A DNA stretch of 64,000 nt from Halarcobacter sp. Its GTDB lineage: Bacteria; Campylobacterota; Campylobacteria; Campylobacterales; Arcobacteraceae. Below, piece by piece: positions 50,508-60,132 of the stretch. Every line of letters starts with the position of its first letter. Position 1 is the first letter of the stretch. Under the pieces are notes generated by a model. It saw nothing but the letters and a program-made list of their open reading frames with translations. It was not told where the DNA came from and did not search any database. Location of the stretch: NCBI GenBank assembly GCA_963676565.1, contig OY781089.1, positions 1,440,001 through 1,504,000 of the forward strand. Direction: 5' to 3'. The position numbers and the translations under genes were made by a program.

Positions 50508-51854
50508 TTATACCTCTTTTAAGAATTCTATTAATTCTTTTCTATCTTCTTTTTTTAAATTCATATATGTTTCTTTGGCCTTTTTTGCTTCACCGCCATG
50601 CCACAAAATAGCTTCTTGAAAAGTTCTAGCTCTACCATCGTGAAGAAGTCGTGGTTTTTTATTATTTATTTTTTCATGAAGTGATAATCCCCATAAAGGA
50701 GCAGTTCTCCATTCACTACCACTAGCTTTACCTTCAATTTTTCCATCAGCTAAACCCTCTCCCATATCATGTAATAAAAGATCGGTAAAAGGGGAAAACT
50801 TTATTCCAGTATTTGTTTCAAAACTATCCATATGACAATTGACACAACCAATTTTTTTGAAAATTTCATAACCTTTATTATTCTTAGTTAATTTTTGACT
50901 GTAGGTTTTTCTTTTTTCTAAATAAAATTGAATAGCTTCAAGCCTTTGATCTGTTAAATCAAATGCATCTCTTGGCTTTGGTGCTTTGTTACACTCTTCT
51001 TGAAATTTTGTACAGTTTTCATTTTGATAATAGCTTGTTGTTAAACCCATATCATTATTAGCTGCATCTGCTATTTGGTGTTTCAAGCTTGTAATATTTG
51101 CTTTCCAAGAGAATTTTCCAAGTTCATGTTGTTTTGTAATAGGTGAGTAAATAAAATTTGCACGACCTGAAATCCCATCACCATCTTTATCATTTGGGTC
51201 TTCATTTTTTAATATATCTTCATCACTAATTTGAGAAATAAGTCCAAGTCCATTTAAACTTGGAGCTAATCTAAAACTTAAAACTGTTTTTTCATCTAAA
51301 GGTCCATATTGTAAATCCTTCAAACCATAAATTGGTTTTAAAAGTGTATCAATCTCACCATCAGGAAAAGCAACTTTAATCTCTTCAAATTTTATATCAG
51401 TTTTTGCTTCATATTTAACACCATGGATCCCATTTATAGCTATTTGTGAACCATAAATAGGATCATAAGAAGGTTTTGGAATTAAACTTCTAGCAAAACT
51501 TCCATTTTTATTATAAAGGGTACCTCTTCCATTACTAGGATGACAAGAAGCACAGGTATTTGCATTATAAAGTGGTCCTAAACCATCTCTTGCTGTTGTG
51601 GCACTTGGAGCTTCAACCCACGGGATTCTAAAAAAACTTTTACCTAAGATAAATTTATCATATTGCTCATCATTTAATCCATCAATTGGTTTTAAAAGTA
51701 TAGATTTACTTTTATTTGATGTTATATCATAAGCACTACAATTAACCGCAAAAAGCCCTATAGCAAAAATTGCTACAAGGCTCTTTGTAAAAGTATTTTT
51801 AAAAGAGAAAATATTATAGTTTAGTTTCTTCAGGATCTGTAACATCATCTTCAC
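50508..51854 (-). CDS. Di-heme oxidoreductase family protein (DUF1111/DHOR); start uncertain
   Basis: RDGLGPLYNA.TCASCH, DPNDKDGDGISGR, GKFSWKA, CVNCH, TDLLLHDMG, WRTAPLWG, LHDGRART. Confidence 0.92.
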   Translation of the reverse strand: MKMMLQILKKLNYNIFSFKNTFTKSLVAIFAIGLFAVNCSAYDITSNKSKSILLKPIDGLNDEQYDKFILGKSFFRIPWVEAPSATTARDGLGPLYNANTCASCHPSNGRGTLYNKNGSFARSLIPKPSYDPIYGSQIAINGIHGVKYEAKTDIKFEEIKVAFPDGEIDTLLKPIYGLKDLQYGPLDEKTVLSFRLAPSLNGLGLISQISDEDILKNEDPNDKDGDGISGRANFIYSPITKQHELGKFSWKANITSLKHQIADAANNDMGLTTSYYQNENCTKFQEECNKAPKPRDAFDLTDQRLEAIQFYLEKRKTYSQKLTKNNKGYEIFKKIGCVNCHMDSFETNTGIKFSPFTDLLLHDMGEGLADGKIEGKASGSEWRTAPLWGLSLHEKINNKKPRLLHDGRARTFQEAILWHGGEAKKAKETYMNLKKEDRKELIEFLKEV

Positions 51855-53157
51855 TTAAAGAGATTCCATTTGCAGCTGCAACTGTAACCATTTCATCACC
51901 AAGTTTTCTCATCTCATTTTTCATTTTAACTATCACTTTTGCTTGTGGATTATCTGGCTGAATTTGATAATCAAAGTGTGCTGTTGTCATTGCAGTTTTA
52001 TTTACACTTGCAATTTTTTTCTCAATAGATTTCATAAGTGTAATAATTCTTTCTCTATCTTCACTAGATAGGGCATCTAATAAAGAAGGCCCAAAAGATT
52101 TACCCATATATGTTCCAGTTAAAACATTTCTAAATCCAAGGTAATTTGCTGTTATATCTCTATGTGTATTGTCAGAGAAGCAAGAGTGCTCATCCTCTTC
52201 TGATGGAGTTAAAACTGCAACTGCAATTCTTTCATTTGCTAATTCAGATTTAATAAATACACCCATTCCAGCAATAATTTGTTTTAATGCATCTTGTGTT
52301 GGTATATTTTTTGATTTATTCTCACCAGTTAATTTTCCTAAAAATGCGTTTTTATATAAACCATCATCTGTCCAAGCTTTATTAATAACTTCTAAATCAG
52401 CAACAATTTTACTAGAAGCGGCTTTTAAGTAAGCTAGTCTTCTAGGTGCATTTGAATCGCTTGTAAAATCACTTAGTGGTCTTTGTCCAGCAGTTAAAGG
52501 TCCATTTGTGATACTATCCTTTACAAAATTTGAATAGTCTTGATCTTGCCCCCATAAAATAAACTCAATGGCATGGTATCCTGTTGCAACATTTGCATCT
52601 CCACCATTTTCATTTAAAGCTGTGATTGCATCTACCGTAATATTTGAAACATCAACTGTGCTTGCTTCTTCTCCACCTGGATTAAAAGAACCAACTGTAT
52701 CAATAATATTTCCTGATGTCTTGTTTCCATCTGCATCAATAGTATAATCAATCATATTTTCATCTAGTGGCCAAGCATTTAATTGCCCTTCTAATGCACC
52801 ATAAGTATCTGCTACCCATCCTTCTTCTGCATCAATTGGACCATTTGAAAGTCTAAATATTTCAGTTTGACCATATGATTCTCTTGAATCTAACCATGCT
52901 TTTTTTGCATCTGCTAAAGTACTATTTGTTGGATTAGCTATAAATTTATCAATTGCAAGTTCTAAGTTTTTTGCATCTTTTAAAGCATCTGAGTAATTAG
53001 CATGTGCAATTTTTGCATAAGTAAGCAATGCAGAGTTTTCTTTTTTAATCTCCATTTTATTTGAAGTCTCTACCCCTTGGTTTGAGGTAGAACAACCTGC
53101 AAATGTTAAAGCTGCTGCTAAACTTAAACTTGAAGCGATTAATTTTGTTTTAGACAT
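51814..53157 (-). CDS. Imelysin-family iron-regulated lipoprotein (IrpA/IcmP-like)
   Basis: Lipobox FAGC; YGQTEIFR, NAWPLDE, TGYHAIEFILWGQD, EDEHSCFSDNT. Confidence 0.94.
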   Translation of the reverse strand: MSKTKLIASSLSLAAALTFAGCSTSNQGVETSNKMEIKKENSALLTYAKIAHANYSDALKDAKNLELAIDKFIANPTNSTLADAKKAWLDSRESYGQTEIFRLSNGPIDAEEGWVADTYGALEGQLNAWPLDENMIDYTIDADGNKTSGNIIDTVGSFNPGGEEASTVDVSNITVDAITALNENGGDANVATGYHAIEFILWGQDQDYSNFVKDSITNGPLTAGQRPLSDFTSDSNAPRRLAYLKAASSKIVADLEVINKAWTDDGLYKNAFLGKLTGENKSKNIPTQDALKQIIAGMGVFIKSELANERIAVAVLTPSEEDEHSCFSDNTHRDITANYLGFRNVLTGTYMGKSFGPSLLDALSSEDRERIITLMKSIEKKIASVNKTAMTTAHFDYQIQPDNPQAKVIVKMKNEMRKLGDEMVTVAAANGISLSEDDVTDPEETKL

Positions 53158-53181
53158 ATTTTTCCTTTTAGTTTTTTAAAA

Positions 53182-53288
53182 TGATACTTATTATCAATTG
53201 AATTTCGAAATTGTAATTCAATGTTCCTTAAGAGATACTTAATATTAATAATGGTTATCATTAAAATATATCTTGAGATTGATTTTCA
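53182..53288 (-). promoter_or_regulatory. Imelysin operon promoter with multiple Fur boxes
   Basis: TGATACTTATTATCA (53182-96), TAATAATGGTTATCA (53246-60), TGAGATTGATTTTCA (53274-88); minus-strand TTAAG-N11-TACAAT. Confidence 0.8.
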
Positions 53289-53300
53289 ATTTCTAAAACC

Positions 53301-53323
53301 AAGGAATGCAATTTGCATTCCTT
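53301..53323. repeat. Perfect palindrome (11-1-11)
   Basis: AAGGAATGCAA-T-TTGCATTCCTT. Confidence 0.9.
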
Positions 53324-53358
53324 AAAAGTAGTTTCTGAAAAAGATGTCATTATTAAAA

Positions 53359-53423
53359 CAATAATTGTTATCATTAATAATTAATTAAGCTATAGGTAAG
53401 TAATATACCGATATTCATTATCA
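53359..53423 (+). promoter_or_regulatory. Fur-boxed promoter of small ORF
   Basis: CAATAATTGTTATCA, TTAAG-N11-TAATAT, CGATATTCATTATCA. Confidence 0.72.
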
Positions 53424-53437
53424 AAAAAGGATAAAAT

Positions 53438-53569
53438 GTGAAAAATGTTAATACAATAGAAAATTCAGTTTTTTATAAAACTAATTTAAAAATACAAAAC
53501 AATTTATGGAAAGCATATACTATAACTCTAGCAGTAAGTTTTATGTTAGTGGGAATTAAAGGTTTTTAA
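53438..53569 (+). CDS. Unannotated 43-aa small membrane protein
   Basis: AAGGA RBS, GTG start: MKNVNTIENSVFYKTNLKIQNNLWKAYTITLAVSFMLVGIKGF. Confidence 0.6.
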   Translation: MKNVNTIENSVFYKTNLKIQNNLWKAYTITLAVSFMLVGIKGF

Positions 53570-53573
53570 TAGT

Positions 53574-54545
53574 TTAATCTTTACTCCAGATTCTTCTATT
53601 TAGTTTTAATTCTTCAACGCAACCTATTACAAGGCTTAATATCTCTATATATTCGAAGATAAGTGTTTCGTTTAACAAAGATGTAAAAACAGTAGGCTCA
53701 AATAAATCTTTTTTGTAATCAATTGCAATATGTAACTTATTTTTTGTAAATGATATATAAATATCATTTTTAGATTTTTTCTTAAAATTTAAAATCAACT
53801 CCATAAGATTTTGAGTTAAAATATATCTTACTTCAATTTGGTCATCGGAATAAACAACAAACTCTTTTTCAAAATCAACACTATCCATTTTTACAAGTTC
53901 ACCCCTTGAAGAATTTTTTGATTGAAGCCAAGAACCAATTAAATCTCCAAAACTATTTTGTGCAAAATCTGGAAGAACGAGTGTAGTTCCATAAAAGTTT
54001 TTATTAAAATCAGCAGCTATAAAAAGTCCTTGAAATATAGTTGAGTACTTTGTTCTTCCCTTGGAGTCCTTATATTTTTTTTTGGCATGAATATCAGAAA
54101 ATTGTATTTGTGTTTTATCAATTGTCCCAATTGTAAAATCATTTCCTGTGAACTTGTCAGGGTAACTAAAAAGTTTTGAATCAGTGAAAATAGTTTTAGA
54201 GATATGAAGATTTGAAGAATAATTCAAATTGGAATCAATCTGCTTTATTAAAGGTTTTATTACATATTCTTTAAATTCACTTCTATAATCTTTTTTCATA
54301 TATTTATATAAAAAAATTCCAAGTGAAACTAAAATAGCTATTGTTATGAAAATTCCATCTTCTTTATTTGAACTATTATAAAAAAAGATAAAGTAGATTG
54401 CAATTGCATTCCAAAACATTATAAAGTAGATAAAAAGAAGTTTGTTTTTTAATTTTTTTCTTTTCTCTTCAAGTTTATTTACATCTTTTACTAAAGTATT
54501 TTTATAAAACTCTTTTAGTTCATCAACACTTTTATTTTTTTGCAA
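53574..54545 (-). CDS. DUF3137 family membrane protein
   Basis: 2 TM; IFQGLF..DFNKNF.G.T.VLPD, F.KEF.VYSDDQIE.RYIL; downstream of lemA. Confidence 0.85.
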   Translation of the reverse strand: MQKNKSVDELKEFYKNTLVKDVNKLEEKRKKLKNKLLFIYFIMFWNAIAIYFIFFYNSSNKEDGIFITIAILVSLGIFLYKYMKKDYRSEFKEYVIKPLIKQIDSNLNYSSNLHISKTIFTDSKLFSYPDKFTGNDFTIGTIDKTQIQFSDIHAKKKYKDSKGRTKYSTIFQGLFIAADFNKNFYGTTLVLPDFAQNSFGDLIGSWLQSKNSSRGELVKMDSVDFEKEFVVYSDDQIEVRYILTQNLMELILNFKKKSKNDIYISFTKNKLHIAIDYKKDLFEPTVFTSLLNETLIFEYIEILSLVIGCVEELKLNRRIWSKD

Positions 54546-54562
54546 AACTTTACTTTATTAGA

Positions 54563-55123
54563 TTATTTATTGCTAAATAGCTCTTCAACAAGAATATTGT
54601 CTTTTTGTGTATCTTCTATTTCAAATAGTTCTTTTTCTTTATAGTTCATTATTTTAGCCATAAAATTTGTTGGTATCATCTCAATTGCATTATTATAATC
54701 CGTAACAGCTTGGTTGTATGCTCTTCTTGATGCTGAGATCTGTTCCTCTATTTCATTTAATGATTTTTGTAATTCAATTATATTTTCATTGGCTTTTAAT
54801 TCTGGATATTCCTCAACTGTTACCATTAATCCAGCTAAAGCTTTTGAAAACTTTTTATCAATACTCATTTTTTGTGAATTATCAATATTCTTTCTTATAC
54901 CTTGTGATCTTAATGAAGTTACTTCTTCAAGGAGTGACTTTTCATGTTCCATATATCTTTTAACACTTGCTACAATGTTTGGAACTAAGTCATATCTTTT
55001 TTTTAATTGCACATCAACTGAGGCAAAGAGGTTTTCCACTTGATTCTTTTTTGCAATAAGTGAGTTATACATTAAAACAAGTATGATTATAAAAATAATT
55101 AATATAATAATTGTTGTGTTCAT
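54563..55123 (-). CDS. lemA: LemA family protein
   Basis: Start moved to ATG 55123 (AAGGA RBS); YNSL, DVQLKKRYDLVPN, EEYPELKA, SRRAYN. Confidence 0.93.
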   Translation of the reverse strand: MNTTIIILIIFIIILVLMYNSLIAKKNQVENLFASVDVQLKKRYDLVPNIVASVKRYMEHEKSLLEEVTSLRSQGIRKNIDNSQKMSIDKKFSKALAGLMVTVEEYPELKANENIIELQKSLNEIEEQISASRRAYNQAVTDYNNAIEMIPTNFMAKIMNYKEKELFEIEDTQKDNILVEELFSNK

Positions 55124-55223
55124 TTTAATCCTTTTATTAGCTAGTAGTTTAACTAAAAAAATAAAAAATTGAAATAAAAAGTAAAAAAAGCTAGAATTCA
55201 AACAATATAATTTTGGATGTGTT

Positions 55224-57464
55224 ATGAATGAAAGAACTTTAGTAAATATTATAAAATACTCTCCATCTATATTTATACTTCTTTTGACAATTATTATTTC
55301 AATCTTAGTTTACAAAGAACACAAATCAAATATAGAAGCTGAAAAAAATCTTATAATGACAGCTCAAATAGAAGATGAAAAAGATGAAATCCAACTTTGG
55401 ATAGATTCAATTGCTCAATCTATGATTATGATGAAAGAAAATACTGAAAATGATTTAAAAAATAATTTAAGAAATCAAGTTCATAATGCATATGAAATTG
55501 CCTACAGAATATTTAATAAATACAAAAATGAAAAAACAAAAGAGGAGATTACTGATATTATAAAGGCCTCTCTTCGTTCAATTAGAAATAATGATGGAAG
55601 GGGATATTTCTTCATTTTTCAAATGGATGGTACAAACATCTTAAATAGTGATTTCCCTGAGATAGAAGGTAAATCTTTATGGAATTATAAAGATTTAAAG
55701 GGAGTTCTTTTACTTCAAGAGATGAATAAAATCTTAAGCCATAAAAGTGAAACTTTTTATGATTGGTATTGGCACAAGTCAACTGACAAGGAAAAAGAGT
55801 ATAAAAAAGTTGGTTTTTTCAAAAAATTTGAGCCTTATGATTGGTTCATAGGAACAGGTGAATATGTTGATGATTTTGAAGACAGTATAAAAAATAAAAT
55901 TTTAAATTATGTAAGAAAAATAAGATATAAAGATGATAGGTATATATTTATAACAAATGATAAAGGTAAAGTTTTATCCCATAAATATGAAAAGTTGATT
56001 GGTTTAGATATTACCAAATCAATAGAAGGTTTCAAACAACATTATGAAAATAAAGAGATGTTTGCAAATGGAAAGTTTATAGAATATGCTTTAAAAGAAG
56101 AGAATATAAACAGAAAAATCACCTATGCAAGATGGATTAAAGAATGGAATTGGGTTATAGGAACAGGTTTTAACTTTGACAAAATCAATGATAGAATCAT
56201 AGAAAGACAAAATCATTTAGAAATTAAATATAATGAATATCTAAAAGAGACTATAGTTTTAAGTTCAATTTTGATTTTTATTTTATTAGTTATTTCCCAT
56301 ATCATTTCAAGGTTTGTAGAAAAAAGTTTTTATCAATACAAATCAAGTTTAGAAGAGAAACATAAAACGTTAGTAAAAGCTCAAAGGACTGCAAGTATTG
56401 GAGACTGGAAATTAGATATAAAAACCCAAGAAGCATATTGGTCTGATGAGATTTTAAATATTTTAGGAATTGAAGAGCTAAAAGAGAAACCTAGCCCTGA
56501 ATTTTTAAAAAAACTTATGCATCCAGATGATTGGGAAGGATTTAAATCTTCACTAGAAAATACCATGAGTAAAAAAAGTGACCATGCTTGTGTTTATAGA
56601 ATAATTAGGCCTAAAGATAAGAATATTATTTGGATTGATTGTAGAGGGCAATTAAGTGAAGACAATCAAAAAATCTATGGAACAATACAAGATATAACAA
56701 AAAGAAAACTTCTAGAAGATGAAAAAGATCAAAAAGAAGCACTTCTTTTTCAACAAAGTAAATTAGCTTCAATGGGGGAGATGTTAGGAAATATTGCCCA
56801 TCAATGGAGACAACCTTTATCTTTAATAACTAGTACAGCAACTGGGGCACAAGTACAAAATAAAATAGGAGTTTTAGATAGTGAAACAATTGATAAAAAC
56901 TTAGAAAGTATCACTGAAACAGCTAAACACTTATCTCAAACAATTGAAGATTTTAGAACTTTTTTTAAGCCTAAAGATGATGAATTTAATAAATTTAGTA
57001 TAAAAGATATTATCTCAAGAACATTAAATTTAATCAATGTTCAATTCAAATCAAAAAATATTATAATTATTGAAGAAATAGAGGATTCAAATATTGTATC
57101 TTTAGAAAATGAATTAGTTCAGGCTTTAATCAATATATTAAATAATGCAAGAGATGCTTTATGCGATATAAATAATCTTGAACAAAAACTTATTTTAATC
57201 AAAACATATGTAAAAAAAGAAAATTTAATAATAGAGATTCAAGATAATGGTGGAGGAATACCAAAAAATATATTAGACAGAGTGTTTGAACCTTATTTTA
57301 CAACTAAACATCAATCCCATGGGACAGGTATTGGACTATATATGACACAACAGATTGTAGATAAACTACTAAAAGGTTCTATAAGAGTTAAAAATAAAGA
57401 TTTTAGTTTTGAAACTAAATCTTATCATGGAGCAAATTTCAAAATAATTCTTCCTCTTAAATAA
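55224..57464 (+). CDS. Cache/PAS sensor histidine kinase
   Basis: Cache (GYFFI, W.IGTG twice), PAS_3 (HPDD), IAHQWRQPL, GTGIGL. Confidence 0.93.
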   Translation: MNERTLVNIIKYSPSIFILLLTIIISILVYKEHKSNIEAEKNLIMTAQIEDEKDEIQLWIDSIAQSMIMMKENTENDLKNNLRNQVHNAYEIAYRIFNKYKNEKTKEEITDIIKASLRSIRNNDGRGYFFIFQMDGTNILNSDFPEIEGKSLWNYKDLKGVLLLQEMNKILSHKSETFYDWYWHKSTDKEKEYKKVGFFKKFEPYDWFIGTGEYVDDFEDSIKNKILNYVRKIRYKDDRYIFITNDKGKVLSHKYEKLIGLDITKSIEGFKQHYENKEMFANGKFIEYALKEENINRKITYARWIKEWNWVIGTGFNFDKINDRIIERQNHLEIKYNEYLKETIVLSSILIFILLVISHIISRFVEKSFYQYKSSLEEKHKTLVKAQRTASIGDWKLDIKTQEAYWSDEILNILGIEELKEKPSPEFLKKLMHPDDWEGFKSSLENTMSKKSDHACVYRIIRPKDKNIIWIDCRGQLSEDNQKIYGTIQDITKRKLLEDEKDQKEALLFQQSKLASMGEMLGNIAHQWRQPLSLITSTATGAQVQNKIGVLDSETIDKNLESITETAKHLSQTIEDFRTFFKPKDDEFNKFSIKDIISRTLNLINVQFKSKNIIIIEEIEDSNIVSLENELVQALINILNNARDALCDINNLEQKLILIKTYVKKENLIIEIQDNGGGIPKNILDRVFEPYFTTKHQSHGTGIGLYMTQQIVDKLLKGSIRVKNKDFSFETKSYHGANFKIILPLK

Positions 57465-57519
57465 TTAGTTTAATTTTATTATAATATTATTACAATAGTA
57501 TTACTATTAAGGATGATAA

Positions 57520-59607
57520 ATGATAACTGATAACTCGAAACTTGGATATTTTATAAAATCTTTACTTGTTATTTCATTCATTAATATAATCATCACTGGC
57601 TTGTTGTATTTATTATTGGTAAATAAAGCTAAAGATGATATCTATAATGAATTTAATACTATTGCTAATTATGAATTTACGCAAACAAAAAAATTTATAA
57701 ATAATAAATTCACATACTATAAAAATGTTTTAGATTCTTTAGAGTCTTCAACAGCTTTTTCAAACTATCTTAATACAAATGATTCAAACAATTTAAAAGA
57801 GCTTATGTCTACAATTACAAAAGCTAGCTTACCTATTTTTCAATTAAGGTTTTTAGATAAAAATGGAATAGAAAAAATTAGAATTGATAAGGATAAAAAT
57901 AATAAGGTTATTGAAGAAAAAAATCTACAAGATAAAAGTGATAGATACTATTTTAAAAAAACTATTTCGCTAAAAGAAGGGGAGTATTACATATCAAATC
58001 TAGATTTAAATATTGAACAAAAAAAAATTGAACTTCCATATAAACCAACTATTAGAATATCAAAGGCAATTTATAGAAATAATCAACTTCAAGGGGTTTT
58101 GATAATTAACTATAATGCAAAAGAGATTATAAATAGTATTAAAGAAAACAAGTTTTTCGATGTTTATTATATGGATAAAAATGGCAATTTCTTTTTGCAT
58201 CCTAATAAGTCAAAAAACTATTCATCTCAATTAAATACGAATTATAAAGTGATAGATGAAATTTCTTATATCAATGAGTTAATAAAATATAATTATTTAG
58301 ATAAAAATAAAAGATATTATGTAAATAAAGTAGTTCTAACTGATGATGATTTTTATGTAATCTATTCTTTGAAAAATTCTATTTTTGAAGAAAAACTTGC
58401 TTTAGTGGAATATGATATATTTTTACTTTTCCTTACTGTATTTATTATAACAATACCAGTGATTTTTATTGGAATATATATTCAATCAATGAATGCAAGG
58501 ATATTAGACACAATAATTGATAATACTCCTTATCCTGTGTTTTTTAAAAATTCTTCAAGAAAATTTGTAGTTGTTAACAATGCTATGGTGAAAATTCTTG
58601 GGGCAAAAAGTAAAAAAGAGGTTATTGGTAAGAGAATAGAAGATTTACTTGAACATAAATATGCTAATACTTTTAGAAAAAATATTGATAAAGCTTTTGC
58701 CCTTGGAAGAAGTGAAGAGGAGATAGAGTTTGTTGATGCAAATTCAAAAAGACATTTCTTTGATACAAAGCTAATCAAAATATCGCTATTGGGGAAATTG
58801 AATAAAACATATGTTCTTGGAATTGCTATTGATGTAACACAATTAAAATCTTTAAATCAACAATTAGAAAACTTAGTTGATATTGAAATCAAAAAAAGAA
58901 TCTCTTTAGAAAAAGATTTAATACAAAAATCAAAAATGGCAGAAATAGGAAATCTTTTAGCAAATTTAATTGATCAGTGGAAAAATCCTTTAAATATTAT
59001 AAAAGTAATATCAAGTGGAGCAAGATTAAATATAGAAGCAAATAATATAAATATTGAAGAGATAGATAATCATTTTGAGCAGATTGATACTCAAGTAGAA
59101 ATAATGGTAGAAATCTCAAATGAATTTAAATACTTTTTTAATCCAAATGAAAAAGCAAGTAAGTTTATCATTAAAAAAGTATTTGAAAGTGTTAGAAATA
59201 TTTTATCAACAAGATTAAAACATAATGAAATTGAAATTATTTATGATATGGATGAAACCTTGTCTATAGAAGGTTATACAAATAATTTTGCACAAGTTAT
59301 ATTATCTATATTAAATAACGCAATTGATGAGTTTGAAAGAAAGAAAGTAAATGATAAAAAAATATTTATAAATGCATTTAAAAGTAATTCAATTGTAATT
59401 GAAATTATTGATAATGCAGGGAAAATAGATGAATCTTTATTGCCAAATAAACTTTTTGAAGAATATGAAACAACTAAAAAAGAAAAGAATTTAGGACAAG
59501 GCTTACCTATATGCAAAAAAATTATTGAAGAAAGCTTTTCAGGAAAGATAATGGCATACAATATTAATAATAATGCTGTATTTAAAATAGAGTTACCTTT
59601 AGTTTAA
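57520..59607 (+). CDS. Cache/PAS histidine-kinase-like protein lacking the phospho-accepting His
   Basis: DKSDRYYF/KPTIR Cache domain, PAS, H-box NLIDQWKNPL, N-box NNAID, DNAG, GQGL. Confidence 0.85.
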   Translation: MITDNSKLGYFIKSLLVISFINIIITGLLYLLLVNKAKDDIYNEFNTIANYEFTQTKKFINNKFTYYKNVLDSLESSTAFSNYLNTNDSNNLKELMSTITKASLPIFQLRFLDKNGIEKIRIDKDKNNKVIEEKNLQDKSDRYYFKKTISLKEGEYYISNLDLNIEQKKIELPYKPTIRISKAIYRNNQLQGVLIINYNAKEIINSIKENKFFDVYYMDKNGNFFLHPNKSKNYSSQLNTNYKVIDEISYINELIKYNYLDKNKRYYVNKVVLTDDDFYVIYSLKNSIFEEKLALVEYDIFLLFLTVFIITIPVIFIGIYIQSMNARILDTIIDNTPYPVFFKNSSRKFVVVNNAMVKILGAKSKKEVIGKRIEDLLEHKYANTFRKNIDKAFALGRSEEEIEFVDANSKRHFFDTKLIKISLLGKLNKTYVLGIAIDVTQLKSLNQQLENLVDIEIKKRISLEKDLIQKSKMAEIGNLLANLIDQWKNPLNIIKVISSGARLNIEANNINIEEIDNHFEQIDTQVEIMVEISNEFKYFFNPNEKASKFIIKKVFESVRNILSTRLKHNEIEIIYDMDETLSIEGYTNNFAQVILSILNNAIDEFERKKVNDKKIFINAFKSNSIVIEIIDNAGKIDESLLPNKLFEEYETTKKEKNLGQGLPICKKIIEESFSGKIMAYNINNNAVFKIELPLV

Positions 59608-59686
59608 AATTTAATCTTGAGTAAGATAGTATTTTTTAATTAATTTCAAGTTAATATATCAGAGATTTTATATTTAGGAATTTTAA

Positions 59687-60085
59687 ATGAAAATAGTTTT
59701 CTCTTTACTTGTTTTATCAGTATTTAGTTTTGCACAGTTTATAGGGATAGATCCAACTACACTAAAAAATAAAATTGATGAAAATGTAGTTGTAATTGAT
59801 ATTAGAACTCCACCTGAATGGGTACAAACAGGCATTGTCCCTACAAGTAAGACTTTAATGTTTTTTGATCAAAATGGTAATTATGATGTTGAAAAGTGGC
59901 TTCAAAAATTTACATCTTACGTAAAGAATAAAGACCAAGCCTTTGTTTTAGTTTGTAGATCTGGCAACAGAACAGGTATGCTTGGAAATTTCCTATCTGA
60001 GAAATTAGGATATAAAAAAGTATTTCATTTAGAAAATGGGATAAAATCATGGATAAAAGAACAAAGACCAACTATTAAAAACTAA
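59687..60085 (+). CDS. Periplasmic rhodanese-like protein
   Basis: Signal peptide, IDIRTPPEW..G, VCRSGNRT, L.NGI.SW. Confidence 0.9.
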   Translation: MKIVFSLLVLSVFSFAQFIGIDPTTLKNKIDENVVVIDIRTPPEWVQTGIVPTSKTLMFFDQNGNYDVEKWLQKFTSYVKNKDQAFVLVCRSGNRTGMLGNFLSEKLGYKKVFHLENGIKSWIKEQRPTIKN

Positions 60086-60132
60086 TTATAAAACTACAAA
60101 TTTTATTAAAATCATTAGGTTAGGGAGAAGTA

